Of a stretch of DNA of 64,000 nt, positions 52,156 to 61,807 are shown piece by piece. Within the stretch, counting starts at the first letter, position 1; every line of letters begins with the position of its first letter. Source of the DNA: a virus. Lineage: Duplodnaviria; Caudoviricetes. The translations under genes and the position numbers were made by a program. The notes beneath the pieces were generated by a model. It ran no database searches. It was not told the DNA's origin and saw only the letters and a list, made by a program, of their open reading frames with translations. The stretch is taken from IMG/VR virus record IMGVR_UViG_3300029305_005387; one strand, given 5' to 3'.

Positions 52156-52169
52156 ATTACATAGTTGTT
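52156..52169 (-). promoter_or_regulatory. Candidate late promoter AACA-N6-TAAT upstream of capsid gene
   Basis: AACAACTATGTAAT; same layout at 26010-26023 and 27683-27696. Confidence 0.55.
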
Positions 52170-52758
52170 ACTTAATATCCTTAATCCCTTTGCTAATTCC
52201 TTTATCAAAAGAATCATTTAGTAATTTGAGTAAATTCAAGCATTTGTTAAAGAATAGTAAGTTCTTAGAATAGTTCTCATTTACGAAATAATTCTTCAGA
52301 TATAGATGAATGTTTTCATCTAGCTTGGATAAAGATTTTGTAATGTTTAAAGTGTCTGGTGATAACGTATATAGAATATCCATATTACTTCTGATAGAAG
52401 CCTGCTGACTTCTTATGTTACTCAATAATGAAAGATATTTCTGATATAAATTCATGTTCATTATAGCAGATACTTTATCATCAAGTCCTAAGTTTTTAAC
52501 ATTACTATCAGAACTTTCACCCTCTTCTCCACCGTCAGTAAATGAACCGTCACTAGAGAAGTCATCGTCTCCCATCATATCAGGAGGAGCATCATCGTCG
52601 GTTGTTTCTGGATCGTCCGGAATATCCGGTGGGTCCTCTAATGTTGCATCTTCTGGTATATCTGGAGGATTTGAGATATCAGCTGGAGCTGTATCAGGAG
52701 GGTCGTCACCAGGAGCTTCAAACAAAAATTGTTCAAATATGTTTGGATACTTATCCAT
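52168..52758 (-). CDS. Acidic Pro/Asp-rich head protein
   Basis: LFEA then PPD repeats; directly upstream of the capsid gene. Confidence 0.5.
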   Translation of the reverse strand: MDKYPNIFEQFLFEAPGDDPPDTAPADISNPPDIPEDATLEDPPDIPDDPETTDDDAPPDMMGDDDFSSDGSFTDGGEEGESSDSNVKNLGLDDKVSAIMNMNLYQKYLSLLSNIRSQQASIRSNMDILYTLSPDTLNITKSLSKLDENIHLYLKNYFVNENYSKNLLFFNKCLNLLKLLNDSFDKGISKGIKDIK

Positions 52759-52794
52759 TTATCTTGTAATACCTCCTTTCCACCATTAAGAAGC

Positions 52795-55700
52795 TTAGAT
52801 TATTTTGGACCAACCTTTTCCTCCGCCAACCCTTAAAAGCTTCTTATTTAATTCGTTCTTAAATCTCATAAGCTGATATTTAGCTTTATTATCACCATTA
52901 CGATCAGCATCTTGGATTTTAGTTTCACAGATCTCAATCTCTGTCTTTAATTCCCCAATCATTTCGTTACGGATACGGAATTCTTTCTTGTTTTTACCAA
53001 TTCCTCTTGTAACTGTTAAGAATAGGAATATAGGATTTAATAATAGTCCTGCCTTTAATAAAGAACCTGCTGCAATTGCTTTTTTAATTGCACTGAATAA
53101 ATTGGAACGAGCATGTGGATCTGCCATTCGTTCTTTAATATTCGTTTCATCAGCATCCTTCCAATTGCTAATCATATTGGAAATCCAATCTTTAGTTCTA
53201 TTAACAGGTTTCATAGCAGCTCTAGCAACACTCTTAACATTTTGCATAGTTTGTTTAGATTTCTGCTGATGTTTCATGAGTTCTTTATCAATATCCTGAA
53301 TTGTATCTCTAATAGGATGATCAGATTCTGGACGATTATCGTCAGCATCACCTACTGCCTCTGTGAATACTTTTGATTGGAAATCTAAATCCATTTTCCA
53401 AGGTTCATAAGATTCTTTCTTAACCACATCTTTCTTAGTATCAACACTAATAACATCAGGAATCCATTTATCTGAAGATCTATATTTTGATAAATATTTT
53501 ATAGCTTCTTCATCAGAAACATGGAAGCCTTTCATCTCAAGATCACCAATAATATCTGGAATATTATTAAGTTCCATATCAGTTGAACGATTAGCTTCAT
53601 CAGAATCAATAATCTCGTTATTAATATTTACAATAGAATGATCCCCTTTATCATCCCAATATGTAGACATGAATGTTGGCCATTTTTCAATATCTCCTAC
53701 TTTATATGTGGAAATATGGAATTTAGTCCTACCAGATTCAAGCAGATCATGAACACTTTTTAGATCTTTATCATTTAAACATAAAGATTTACCACTGATC
53801 ATATGACGAGCAGCAAATATACCAACAATTCGAATTTCATCGGTAATCTCTTTTTTTTCATAAAGATCATAAATACCAATTATTTTACAATCTTTGGCTT
53901 GGAAATCAAGATAACCAATGTCACCAATATAATCATTCAAGAACTTAGTTAACATTTCTTTACGTTTTCTCACATGATGTTTATAATTTATAATTCCTTT
54001 TAACATCACCATGAAAGATCTAATATGTTTAGTTGCTTTTAATCCTCTATGATTTTCTTTATTTACCTCTTCAGCAACAGAAGCAACATGATCTCTCATT
54101 GCTTTTGATAATCCTACATTTGTAACTTCACAATCCTGAAGTGAATATGTGATTTTGATCATATGTCCGTTATCGTAATTAAATGCAGCTTTATAAGCTT
54201 TATCGAATTTCTTATTACGAACATCAACTGCTTCTGAGATATAATTTTCAGTGATAGATTCTTTGAATTCTTTCTGTATATATTTTTCAATGCTATCCAA
54301 AAGTTTTTTAGGGAATCTTTTAGCAATAAAAGATAAAGGTTTCCATCCGAAAGTATCTTCAAAGTCCTCTTCTTCGATGTGACCAGTAAATTTACCGTCT
54401 TCTTCACCGATAAAAATAGCTGAATAGTAACCATACCACCAGTCATCAGAATTTTTTACATGCTGTTTTACCCACGGAGATACTGCAAATTTATTAGCGT
54501 TAAACTGAATTTGAGTTCCTAAACGTTTTACATTCTTTACTTTGCTCTGGGCTTCTTCATGTAATTCTCTAATAGCAGCTTCTTTAGGACTTTCACCTTT
54601 ATCCCATCCACCACCTGGGAATTCCCATTGACCATTTGGTTTGTGTTTAATCAGAGTATTCCATTCATCATTAATCTTTTTCAGAACAATGATAACAGAT
54701 CTACCTCTCATAGGTTTGGAATAACCTTTTACTTGAATACAGCAGTTATCTACACCATTATCTGATTTAATAAACCATTTTTTCATGATATGATTATCAT
54801 ACATATTTTCATCAAGATAATATGAAGATGATTCTACAAACTGAAAATCCACTTCTTCAAGTGAATGAAAATCATTAGAATCAACCGATGAAGATGTATT
54901 ATTATCTGAATTTACTCGTTTACCTGTAGAGTGATCATCATGAGAACTATGATGTTTATTGAACGAATTTGTATTTTTGTTCAAGGAGTTATTGTAATTA
55001 TAGTAGTAATAATTATTTACTCCAGATGGAGTTCTCAGTTCATCTTTCTCAGTTTCATTGTTCATTTCAGACGAAATATTATCTGGTTTGGATACAGGTG
55101 TATTATCATGATTAATAGATGAAGCTGGTCTTTTATATGAATCGATATCAGAATTATCAATATGAGGTTTATCATCTTCACCATAATTAGCCATATCATG
55201 ATTTCTGGAAATATAATTTGCTGGATTACCAGTTTTTTTATCTCTAGTATTCACAATCCAAGGAGTAGCTTCAGTAACAGGAGCATGGTTTCCTGGTAGC
55301 ATCGGAATAACACTATCTGCAACATCCTCTGTTATTTTAATACCATTTGGAAGTGATTCATAAATGTGTCTTTTATTGTAAATACGATTTACAATTGTAA
55401 GAATATTTAAATCCTGATCTGCCAAATTATAAAGATCAATAATGACTTTTTCAATCCAATCCATAGCTCTGTTAATGTTTCGGATATTATTATTAATGAT
55501 TTCATACTTTTCATTATCGATTTCTTTAGAATATACTTTAGGACGTTTGATAACGGCTCTCATGTAATTTCCGCCAAAAGATAATTTATCTTTTACTTTA
55601 ATGAAATCACGCAGCAATGAATCCAGATCAGATTTAAACTTCTTAACTTTTTTCACAGTCATGGTGATTTTATTCAAATCAATCTGTGATGCTTTCATCT

Positions 55701-55902
55701 TACAAGATGTATCAGATTTAAACTTCTTAATTTCATTATTCAAGTTATTTTTCTCTGATGTAGGATGTTTAATAAGTTTATTTGTTTCATTACTAACAAG
55801 ATTAAGGAATTCTTCAGTTATTCCAAGAATAGGTTCATATGAATCATAAAGTATTCCCATATCTTCATTTGATTCCATAAATATACTAAAATATTCATTC
55901 AT
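52795..55902 (-). CDS. Large internal head protein containing a Nudix hydrolase domain
   Basis: WEFPGGGWDKGESPKEAAIRELHEE is a Nudix box; many xES/xEA sites; ATG 55902 after AAGGTAGGTG. Confidence 0.7.
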   Translation of the reverse strand: MNEYFSIFMESNEDMGILYDSYEPILGITEEFLNLVSNETNKLIKHPTSEKNNLNNEIKKFKSDTSCKMKASQIDLNKITMTVKKVKKFKSDLDSLLRDFIKVKDKLSFGGNYMRAVIKRPKVYSKEIDNEKYEIINNNIRNINRAMDWIEKVIIDLYNLADQDLNILTIVNRIYNKRHIYESLPNGIKITEDVADSVIPMLPGNHAPVTEATPWIVNTRDKKTGNPANYISRNHDMANYGEDDKPHIDNSDIDSYKRPASSINHDNTPVSKPDNISSEMNNETEKDELRTPSGVNNYYYYNYNNSLNKNTNSFNKHHSSHDDHSTGKRVNSDNNTSSSVDSNDFHSLEEVDFQFVESSSYYLDENMYDNHIMKKWFIKSDNGVDNCCIQVKGYSKPMRGRSVIIVLKKINDEWNTLIKHKPNGQWEFPGGGWDKGESPKEAAIRELHEEAQSKVKNVKRLGTQIQFNANKFAVSPWVKQHVKNSDDWWYGYYSAIFIGEEDGKFTGHIEEEDFEDTFGWKPLSFIAKRFPKKLLDSIEKYIQKEFKESITENYISEAVDVRNKKFDKAYKAAFNYDNGHMIKITYSLQDCEVTNVGLSKAMRDHVASVAEEVNKENHRGLKATKHIRSFMVMLKGIINYKHHVRKRKEMLTKFLNDYIGDIGYLDFQAKDCKIIGIYDLYEKKEITDEIRIVGIFAARHMISGKSLCLNDKDLKSVHDLLESGRTKFHISTYKVGDIEKWPTFMSTYWDDKGDHSIVNINNEIIDSDEANRSTDMELNNIPDIIGDLEMKGFHVSDEEAIKYLSKYRSSDKWIPDVISVDTKKDVVKKESYEPWKMDLDFQSKVFTEAVGDADDNRPESDHPIRDTIQDIDKELMKHQQKSKQTMQNVKSVARAAMKPVNRTKDWISNMISNWKDADETNIKERMADPHARSNLFSAIKKAIAAGSLLKAGLLLNPIFLFLTVTRGIGKNKKEFRIRNEMIGELKTEIEICETKIQDADRNGDNKAKYQLMRFKNELNKKLLRVGGGKGWSKII

Positions 55903-55924
55903 GCATATCTCACCTACCTTTTCA

Positions 55925-57535
55925 TTATAATTTATTGATGATCCAATCCAAAATTTTATCAAATGTTTTTAGATCATCCATTCTTTCTTTTAATAATAAT
56001 TTTGGTAAATCATTATTATATTCAAGAATTTCTTCTTTATGTTCTTCGAAAATTTCATGAACACGTTTTTTGAATTCATCATATTTCTTATTGAATTCTA
56101 GACGATCTTTTACATTCATTACATAGAATGATCTTGGTAAAATCGTGATGTCTTCAGGACGAATTCTACTATAATCTCGATGTAAGTTTTTAGGATTAGA
56201 GCATTGAAGAATGTATGATACAAATGTAGAGCAAACATATCGTTTGTTATTCTTTATAGGTTTACCAACATATGCTTTCAAAAGATTTGAATATGCATAT
56301 AGAGTGTCATTTGAGTTTGCTAACTTTTTGGCAAATTTCAGCATTCGTTCTTTATCTTCTTTAGGAACAAACATTACACAAATATAGATTGAATCAGTAC
56401 TTAACCATGAAGGATTTTCCATGATATTGTCGGTTACACATCCTTCATCATCAAAAGAATACATATCAGTCATATCATCATTGAATGATACAACTGCATG
56501 AGAATAATTATCTCCTCTAGTTAAGAATTTGATTTGATGTTTGAATTTAATTGAATTCAATTCTTCTTGTGTTTTTAATGTACCATCTGATCTTAGTTTA
56601 TCTTCTGAGTAAGATTTCACTAATCCATAGATAGGAACTAAATCATCTTCAGAAATCTTTTTCTTTTCACCTACTCGATCATCTTCTTCAAAGATAACCC
56701 CATCCAATTCTTCATATAAAGAATAAATGTCAGAAGAAACAGATTCATGAATTTCGTCAGACCATGTCATGCAATATTCTTTGAAGTTAATCAATGCTTT
56801 AATAGAATCAATTTCTTCATCAGAATATTCATATACTGCATCATTGTTACCCATGACTACTGACTCGCGGTAAACTTGTGTATTTCGATCTCTCATATTT
56901 TCAACAACTGCGGAATGAGTACGTTCATACAATGATTGCAGATTAATTCCAGTATTCGTAGAAGCATATACAGTCCATTCACAGATCATAGGATCTACCA
57001 ATACTTCCTCAAAATACTTTTTGATTATATTTCCAGCTCCAAGCTGGTCAGTCGTGATTAACAAATCCGGAATTGCACATTCATTAAACTTTTTATACAT
57101 TCCAGACAATAATTCACGATTTTGTTTACCACTTGAATGTCGACCATAATATGTTTTAATGTAGTCAGAAGGAACAGAATCTGCATAGTATTCGTACATT
57201 GCAAAACATTTAATATATTTATTACGATAAGATTCCAACCATGTTTTACACTCTTCATATTTAGAGACATTGATTTCATTAACAGTGCCTTTATGAATAC
57301 ATTCATCAACAATGTTCATGACATTTTCAAATGCAGCAATTGGTAATCCATATTTATCAACAAACTCTTTGAATGTAGATAGTCCTATATCTGATTTGAT
57401 TATATATTCTAAATTCGAAATATAATCAGAAGGGCTATTTTCGAAAAGTTCATTGACGGATTCTTTATATGCAGAAATGTCGATTTCTTTTCTGCTATTT
57501 TTAGCATTTAAGTAAAGATTTTTTATATCTTTCAT
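55925..57535 (-). CDS. Head protein with C-terminal permuted papain-like (YaeF/YiiX, NlpC/P60) domain
   Basis: YSHAVVSF ... YAYSNLL ... YVCSTFVSYIL ... IRPEDI: His-before-Cys permuted order. Confidence 0.65.
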   Translation of the reverse strand: MKDIKNLYLNAKNSRKEIDISAYKESVNELFENSPSDYISNLEYIIKSDIGLSTFKEFVDKYGLPIAAFENVMNIVDECIHKGTVNEINVSKYEECKTWLESYRNKYIKCFAMYEYYADSVPSDYIKTYYGRHSSGKQNRELLSGMYKKFNECAIPDLLITTDQLGAGNIIKKYFEEVLVDPMICEWTVYASTNTGINLQSLYERTHSAVVENMRDRNTQVYRESVVMGNNDAVYEYSDEEIDSIKALINFKEYCMTWSDEIHESVSSDIYSLYEELDGVIFEEDDRVGEKKKISEDDLVPIYGLVKSYSEDKLRSDGTLKTQEELNSIKFKHQIKFLTRGDNYSHAVVSFNDDMTDMYSFDDEGCVTDNIMENPSWLSTDSIYICVMFVPKEDKERMLKFAKKLANSNDTLYAYSNLLKAYVGKPIKNNKRYVCSTFVSYILQCSNPKNLHRDYSRIRPEDITILPRSFYVMNVKDRLEFNKKYDEFKKRVHEIFEEHKEEILEYNNDLPKLLLKERMDDLKTFDKILDWIINKL

Positions 57536-57609
57536 CTCGTCAAAACCTCTTTTCTTAATTAGAATTTGATTTAAAGTTAATACATGGTGGAAAGGAGATC
57601 ATTAGTAAT

Positions 57610-60600
57610 ATGGCTAAGATTAAGAACACAAAACAAAAATCACTGACAAAAACGGAGAATATCAAAATTGATAAAATTAGTGTATTCTTCAGACGATCGA
57701 TACTAAAATCAATCGTAAAAATTTTAACAATGGAACATGGGGGGTTCCGAACGTTTAAGAGCGTTAAAAATATCAATCGATTGTTTACGAATATCGATAT
57801 GACTAAATATAAATCAAATGCAGAATTGGAATCATATATTTGGTGTATTAATTATATTTCAAAACAGTGGCTGTCTGGAGTAGTATCACCAGACATTATT
57901 GTTGAAATGGCAAAGAAACAACCGGAGTTCAATAATATCATTGAAGGAATTCTGAATGATTGCATTAATGATCAAAATATTGTAACACCTCCAGAAGCAA
58001 AAGCAATTTTTGATTTAATTTCAGAAGCACTCCAGTATGGATATATTGCATCAATGAAAGATGAGTATATTAATTTATTAGATGATATTAGTATGGATGA
58101 TCCAGGAGCTTTCAAAATATTAGTTGAACGATTATTCTTAGTTTCTCAATCATTATTAGATATCAAACATAATACGAATATGGTTGCTAATAAAGTTGAG
58201 TTTAACACAGCAGATATCGATTCAGTAAAAGAAGCAATTTCATCAACAATTGGATCTTTACGAACAACGAATAACATTTTTAAGACTGGAATTAAAAGAC
58301 TTAATACATTATTATCTCCTGGATACTTGAATGGTCGTCTATTTGTTTATCTCGGTCTTCCTGGAGCAGGTAAATCATTAATATTATTGAAATCAGCTTT
58401 AGATGCAAGAAAATATAATCCGGATTTCAGAGCAAGAACTCCAGGTATGAAACCAGCTGTATTATATATTACAATGGAAAACACATTTACAGAAACAATT
58501 GAACGAATTTGGAATATGACATTCGATGATCCAATTATCCAATATTCAGAAGAAGAAGCATTAGAAAAGATTTGTAACGAATTAGGTATTGATCGAGTAT
58601 TGAGAGACGATATTGCTGTATATTCAACAGATGAATCAACAGGTGAAACTACAAAATCATTAGCAGATTTATTATCTCCAGCTCCAGAAGAAAATAAATC
58701 CAATATTGAAATTGTAATGCAATATTATCCATATAGATCAATTAATACGGATGATTTGTTTACAATCATTCAGGACTTAAGAGATGAAAACCTGGAAGTA
58801 TGTATGTTGGTATTTGACTACATAAAACGTATCGAACCAGCTACACCAGCAGCAGATAATGTAAAACTGGAACTAAATAGAATTATTAATGAATTAAAAG
58901 CATTAGCAGTAATTCAAGACATTCCGGTTATCACAGCACATCAGATGAATAGAGCAGCTGCCTCAACTGTAGATGCTGCTGCTAGACAAGGTAAAGGTGA
59001 TACTAATAAATTAGTAGGTAGAGAAAATGTCGGTGATGCGTAAAATTATAAAAATTCCTGCGTATCTAAAATCCATTTAATTGCGGGGACGGGAGATTGA
59101 CCAACTCCATCTGGAAACCGATTCTGGATGTCTAATATCTTACATACTAAACTATGGTAGTGATATCATAGTGGCTCTAATTAATCACTAGAGGTATAGT
59201 AACAAGTGTAAGATTATATGATCAATCCGCAGCTAAGCAAGTAGTAAAATAATAAAATAATCTTAGATAAGTATCTGGTATAAATATGAAAGGAGGTTTA
59301 AATCTCTAATCATGACATCAATGGAAAGTATAGCAAATAATTTTCGTAATGAGAAATCATTAGAGTTATTTGATAAAAATGAATATGAGTTACAATTGGC
59401 TGAGATACAATTGCTGAATGAATATATTAAAGACTTAAAAGAACCAACATGGTTACCAGTGATTTACAACAAACAACCAACATTCTATGCAGTAAGTAAT
59501 ACAGGTGAAATTAGGAATATAATAACAGGTTTGATACTAAAGCAAAAGACTAATCAAAATGGATATAAAATGCTTAATTTAGGAATCAATGGTAAAAAGA
59601 TAACAACTACTGTTCATAAGTTAGTAGCTGAAGCATTCCTGATTAAACCTGAAGAAAAGTTAGTTGTAAATCATAAGAATGGTAAAAAGAATATTAACTG
59701 GTATAAGAATTTGGAATGGATTACGTACAAAGAGAATACTCAACATGCTATTGCAAATAATTTAGCAGGAAGAAATGGTACTACTAATCCAAATAATAAA
59801 TTTGATGAAAATATGATTCATCAAATATGTAAACTATTGGAAAGTGGTGTAACTCCAACTCAAATAAATAGAGATATACCTGGAACCCTCAATACTGCTG
59901 AAGGTATTAAGAGAGGTCGTCTGTGGAGAAATATTGCTAACCAATATAATATCCCAAAACCAGTTAGTACTATAAGATCACAAGAATTAAAAGACTATAT
60001 TACTGAATTAATATTTGCCGGATATTCCAATAGAGAAATCGTTCAAGCAGCTGGATTACCAGATACGGAAAAAGAACGTGAATATGTCGGTTTATTCAGA
60101 AGAAGATTATTCAAGCAACCAGATTAACCATATCAGATTAATTTAAGATTATTTTATTACTACTTGAAAGTTCAGAGACTATCGACCAACTATGATATTG
60201 GAGAAATACCATATCAATAGTCAGTAGAGTAGCACCTAAACCCTATTTAGGTATATAAGAACGGAATGCTTATATAGTAATGCGAAATGGTGGACATTGT
60301 GAATTTGGTAAAAGAGTTCATAATGATGATATAGTCCATATCACTATAGTGTGACTACTCTTCGTAAATCATGTTATAGTGATGTAGGGAGGTTATTGAA
60401 ACAGCAGATTGGGCAGCAGTACTAAACTCGGAGTACAAGCCTGGTACAGAAGATAAGTATATGACTATCAATGTTGTAAAGAGAAGACGTATCGATAGTG
60501 CAGACGCTGAATTTGCTAAATATACTTATCTTGCACATCCATTCTCTAAGACGAATGGTTTAAGACTTGTTGATGATATTAACCTAGGCAAGATATTATC

Positions 60601-60715
60601 ACTGCAGAGTCTATCTAGCGATATTGATATGCTTTCATTGAATAAAGAAAAAGCAAACGCAGTACCTAGATTAAAGATGATGGCTCAATCAGAATTTGAT
60701 GACGAAGATTACTAA
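57610..60715 (+). CDS. DnaB-like replicative helicase; two exons 57610-59041 and ~60387-60715 (~586 aa)
   Basis: Walker A GLPGAGKS, YITMEN, VFDYI, ITAHQMNR, spliced VGDA|WEVIETAD, arginine-finger VKRR. Confidence 0.88.
59042..60386 (+). mobile_element. Group I intron (~1345 nt) with HNH ORF in helicase
   Basis: P1 GAUGCGU/GCGUAUC; AATTGCGGGGA, AATCCGCAGC, GTTCAGAGACTA, GATATAGTCC; 3' boundary ambiguous by 1 nt. Confidence 0.88.
59312..60127 (+). CDS. Intron-encoded HNH homing endonuclease
   Basis: YAVSNTG, VHKLVAEAF, VNHKNGKKNINWYKNLEWIT..EN..HA. Confidence 0.92.
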   Translation: MTSMESIANNFRNEKSLELFDKNEYELQLAEIQLLNEYIKDLKEPTWLPVIYNKQPTFYAVSNTGEIRNIITGLILKQKTNQNGYKMLNLGINGKKITTTVHKLVAEAFLIKPEEKLVVNHKNGKKNINWYKNLEWITYKENTQHAIANNLAGRNGTTNPNNKFDENMIHQICKLLESGVTPTQINRDIPGTLNTAEGIKRGRLWRNIANQYNIPKPVSTIRSQELKDYITELIFAGYSNREIVQAAGLPDTEKEREYVGLFRRRLFKQPD

Positions 60716-60728
60716 AAAAGAATAAAAA

Positions 60729-60755
60729 AATTGGGAGCCGTAAAAGCTCCCAATT
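60729..60755. terminator. Bidirectional terminator
   Basis: aattgggagc-cgtaaaa-gctcccaatt flanked by A/T tracts. Confidence 0.7.
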
Positions 60756-60762
60756 ATTTTTT

Positions 60763-61071
60763 TTATTCTATCTCTTCATTTAATAGGTCTTCTACTTCTT
60801 CAGTGCCGGGGAATGCATCAATTGGATCCATTTCTGGATTCTCATTTAAGAATTCTTCTTCGTCCATTTCCCTACGTACAATATTAATGATTTCTGCTCC
60901 CATTATACCAGCTGTTTCAGAAATCTTTTCAAATAGTTCACGATCGTCATCATCCAAATCATCATCCTCTAAAATTTCTTTAATATCAATGATGAAAGAA
61001 TCTAACTTCATAACAGCTTGACGAATAATTCCTAGTGGTAATTTCATTTTATTTTCATCCATGTTTATCAA
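60763..61071 (-). CDS. Acidic hypothetical protein
   Basis: 102-aa ORF overlapping the upstream stop. Confidence 0.55.
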   Translation of the reverse strand: MINMDENKMKLPLGIIRQAVMKLDSFIIDIKEILEDDDLDDDDRELFEKISETAGIMGAEIINIVRREMDEEEFLNENPEMDPIDAFPGTEEVEDLLNEEIE

Positions 61072-61739
61072 CCTCCATATTTCATTTCATAATATTTACT
61101 AATACAGTCTGGGTAATTTTTACAACTACTACAATTGAATCCAATGATCTTTTCAGATAATTTTCTTGCATCTAAATATTTACAAATATCAGGATATAAT
61201 TGCATTTGTACAGTTAATTCATCTGGATCTGGAAGTTTATTCATTAATGATGATATCTTTCCAGAAATTAATTCATCTAAACTCCACGGACAATTGTTTG
61301 GAATATATAATACATTGTCTTTCAGATCAGAATATTCATCTAATAGTTCATTATATTCTTTAATTGCATTCATATAGGATTTTTCAAAATTTTCTTTTAA
61401 AAATATAATACAATCGTTCTTATCAAAATTACTATAATTCCATTCAGTCTTCTGTCTTAGCTCGTATTGTTTTGTAGTAACCGTCAATCTCCATTCATTA
61501 TGATTTCTATTATTCGTACAGTATTTTAGTTTTAATAAATGAAGCATAATGGTTTCTAAAAACGATCTAGCACTTCTCTGTTGTTCTTTTGCTTCTAAGT
61601 ATAGTTCAGCATCAAATGCTTCAGTCATTGGTATTCCTTCTTGTATTTGTTGAAGGGCTCTGTTAATCCTGTGTAATTCATCAGTTAATAATACTATTCT
61701 GTTTCTTAAATATTCAACATCTTTAGTTGCATCATACAT
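61068..61739 (-). CDS. DUF29-like protein
   Basis: RSARSFLETIMLHLLKLKY...W..T....R...P..CPWSLDEL matches the DUF29 pattern. Confidence 0.6.
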   Translation of the reverse strand: MYDATKDVEYLRNRIVLLTDELHRINRALQQIQEGIPMTEAFDAELYLEAKEQQRSARSFLETIMLHLLKLKYCTNNRNHNEWRLTVTTKQYELRQKTEWNYSNFDKNDCIIFLKENFEKSYMNAIKEYNELLDEYSDLKDNVLYIPNNCPWSLDELISGKISSLMNKLPDPDELTVQMQLYPDICKYLDARKLSEKIIGFNCSSCKNYPDCISKYYEMKYGG

Positions 61740-61807
61740 TGTTGTATCCTCCTTTTATTATATATTATTACTATAATAATATATAAAAGAAAGTGAGGTA
61801 ATAATAT

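Noticed and set aside
60461-60715. Independent small genes at 60461-60715, 33035-33568, 34809-35555 and 41851-43206
   Set aside because: They are downstream exons of intron-split genes
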